Positions 61,601 to 64,000 of a DNA stretch of 64,000 nt are shown here, one piece after another (positions within the stretch are counted from its first letter, which is position 1; every line of letters begins with the position of its first letter). Origin of the DNA: Laetmonice hystrix (taxonomy: Eukaryota); assembly GCA_965235115.1 (NCBI GenBank), contig OZ249440.1, positions 19,406,001-19,470,000 on the forward strand, in the 5' to 3' direction. The notes under the pieces were generated by a model. It did not search any database, was not told the DNA's origin, and saw only the letters and a program-made list of their open reading frames with translations. Position numbers and translations under genes: made by a program.

Positions 61601-62213
61601 GCCAACTTGTTCATGAATATAAAACGTGTCTTAAACGTATTAGTTTTATCAGTAATAGTAATATTTCTGAATTAATGGATGAATCTGGTGCTATAGCCTA
61701 CATGATATTTTTGTTAGGCCTATGTCTGTCCATATCACGACACCAGGCTAATATCGACCAGCGTGATAACGGTGACCTGACACCTGTCAGTAGATTCAAC
61801 CTATTTTCTTTTGTTCTTAAACATAACGTAAATTCGGAGGTCAACAGGCCGGTATGATTAACCGCGAGGAAAACAGGTCTGGTGCTCGTACATGGTGCAG
61901 ACACAGATAACGGGAACGGACCCAACTATACTTACTGTTTGAAATAACACGTAGGCCTTTATCTTGGCGCGCGTACGGTTTGATTCGGGCGCAGAATACA
62001 CGACGCCTGTATTATAGGTATGTATTATTGGGTTCTATCCCTACGATATTGTTACTGTTTGCGTTCTATATCCACGGCCGTCCCATCAAGACCAATGGAA
62101 CTTAGAATACAGGAGCTGCAATGGAGACCAGTATATACGTTATGTAAATGCCACTCTACTGTTGCTATTTTTCAGATAGGGTGGAGAATTAGATTGAGAT
62201 TGACAACAATATA

Positions 62214-62426
62214 ATGTCCGCCATCGTAATTACCCTGGGGATAATTGGTGCTTTACTGGTAGTCGGTATATTCGTTGGCCTGGTCGTCGTGATATCAGTG
62301 GTGGTTGGCGTTTGTCGACAGGACGAGAAAAAGGAAGAAATCGCCATTCCGTCGATATCTCGGCATGTGGAGCCGACACTGGTGGAGCAAGAGTTGTGTC
62401 CTCGGGCCGTTTTACCTGATATCTGA
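62214..62426 (+). CDS. Small single-pass membrane protein, 70 aa (or terminal exon)
   Basis: MSAIVITLGIIGALLVVGIFVGLVVVISVVVGVC followed by the charged stretch RQDEKKEE. Confidence 0.5.
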   Translation: MSAIVITLGIIGALLVVGIFVGLVVVISVVVGVCRQDEKKEEIAIPSISRHVEPTLVEQELCPRAVLPDI

Positions 62427-63299
62427 TAACGATATCTGCTGATACATGATACTCCCTGCACAAAAGGTACTCCATATACACATCTATACAGGCGGACAGC
62501 CTAATTTATGTGTATAACACATAGGGCAGTCCGTCTATACACATATAGAATATAAATGGGTCTAAAAATACGCATTCCACCTAATTCTATACGTAATTGA
62601 ATATTACCATACGAATAGTATTGATTTGATCAATAATATTGCTGCCTGACTGATAGACTTTTCAACTTCATTGACGCCATACTAATTTAAAATATCGATT
62701 ATCTTCCAGTTCTCTATATTTTTAGGAAAACGGAATGTAGCTGGATTTCATGACTCAGAAATAGTCTACCTGTGTACCAGATACAGGTCAGCTCGCCGAT
62801 ATCAGCTTATCACGAAAAACTATGACCAGAGTCCAATGCTGCCGTGGTCACCAGGGAATGTTATACAGATGCAATTATAAACTGACATTGGAAGAAGTTT
62901 ATTCGCTCGGCTTGGTCTGTTGTGTTAATGATCTCTTACTGACAGGACAGCAGAAGGCGTCTCACAGACACCATGATTTTTGCGAGTTTCTAAGGTAGGT
63001 GGACATGATACGGTCATAAAAGTCAGTACCTCTATCGACAGTTCATAACATAGAGATTGAGCATTTGCATATCATAGGTAAATGCATAACAGCAGATATA
63101 CTAAACAAACAAACAACAAATTAGGCATAGATCTATAGCAGGTTCACCTTAGTCTACAGCAGGCAGTGCATGTACAAGTTCTATTAGGTAATACTTTCAT
63201 TGTCAAAAGTTTAAATCCAGAATGAAATGATGATAATGATTTTTCCCTTCGTCCGTTGCAGAAACATTTAGATTCTTCTGCTCGAGGATATTTTACAAA

Positions 63300-64000
63300 A
63301 TGATGGAGGCGGTCATCGTTGCCGGCTGTATAGTAGCTGTCCTAATTGTTATCACAGTTATTTTAGTCGTTACTTATGTATGTCACCAAAAGCGACAGGG
63401 ACAGGCCCCTCAACATCCCACGGTGGACAGTAATGTTTACTACCGACATCAACAGCCGATGTCGACGATTGAGGAGGAAGTCGTTGAGAACGATGAAATA
63501 GTTGAGATTCCCTTGAAATACCAAGTCGGCTACAGGCCTGAGTATGGAGAGAGAGAGGCATCACAAACGTTGTCTGCCCCTGGTCGTATCATAGGGAGAG
63601 TGACGTCAGAGGAAGTCTCCAAAGGCCGACATGTCAAAGATTTAGCTGTGCCCCCATATGGAAGGGTCAGTGAGACGCAGATATCCGCATCCACTGCGCA
63701 TGCACCGCCCGCTTTTGGACGTGTCATTATGGAACCGTCTGCTGTTCAAAGGCCTGACAGGGAAAGCTCAACGTCAGTGACGTCACAGATTCAACAGCGA
63801 GAACCTAACCTCTATACAACTACAGGAACCCGTCATTATAGTGACCATGACCGTTTAAGTAGACACCAAAACTATACGCATGGTGAAATATTGAATGGAG
63901 GACGGGCCCAGACCGTGACGTCACACCAACTACCGGAAACCAACCCTACTGGTCGTAGTTATTACGACACGAGCCGCCAGCAGTGGTGTTACCATAATGA
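63300..64000 (+). CDS. Single-pass membrane protein ORF, >233 aa, running off the window end (absent from the ORF track)
   Basis: MMEAVIVAGCIVAVLIVITVILVVTYVC-HQKRQ... stays open to 64000, with a Tyr-containing tail (VYYR, RPEYG, VPPYG, LYTT, SYYD). A possible phase-1 acceptor precedes it at 63260-63261. Confidence 0.7.
   Translation, partial: MMEAVIVAGCIVAVLIVITVILVVTYVCHQKRQGQAPQHPTVDSNVYYRHQQPMSTIEEEVVENDEIVEIPLKYQVGYRPEYGEREASQTLSAPGRIIGRVTSEEVSKGRHVKDLAVPPYGRVSETQISASTAHAPPAFGRVIMEPSAVQRPDRESSTSVTSQIQQREPNLYTTTGTRHYSDHDRLSRHQNYTHGEILNGGRAQTVTSHQLPETNPTGRSYYDTSRQQWCYHN

Overview
This is animal genomic DNA, not prokaryotic: it has spliceosomal introns, minisatellites and two N gaps. A marine invertebrate, possibly an echinoderm, is my inference from gene content and style only. 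Left to right: (1) a multi-exon telomeric-repeat-binding factor gene (TRFH domain plus C-terminal telobox Myb; + strand, about 1.8-10.9 kb). Its largest intron holds an antisense, intronless 619-aa ORF with Thr-Pro-Arg repeats and a C-terminal membrane anchor. (2) Two intact tandem 16-exon ADAMTS-like metalloprotease genes (- strand, 12.4-20.1 and 21.1-27.8 kb). They have no thrombospondin, Cys-rich or spacer modules, end directly in a PLAC-like domain, and have a Cys-free prodomain. (3) A complete, apparently very young Ngaro-type tyrosine-recombinase retrotransposon (29046-34320) with identical split direct repeats, a shared AATGAC junction core, and RT-RNaseH and YR in the same frame separated by one TAA. 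(4) A 12-exon type I receptor gene, SP-CUB-LDLa-MAM-MAM-LDLa-TM-PPxY (+ strand, 36.2-48.3 kb), with an intronic LINE fragment and a 72-bp array made of copies of an exon's own splice acceptor. (5) Terminal exons or ORFs of three more single-pass membrane proteins, two with Tyr/Pro-rich tails; one runs off the window end and is missing from the ORF track. Exon models were assembled by hand from GT-AG sites, phase continuity and protein motifs; no database search was run.
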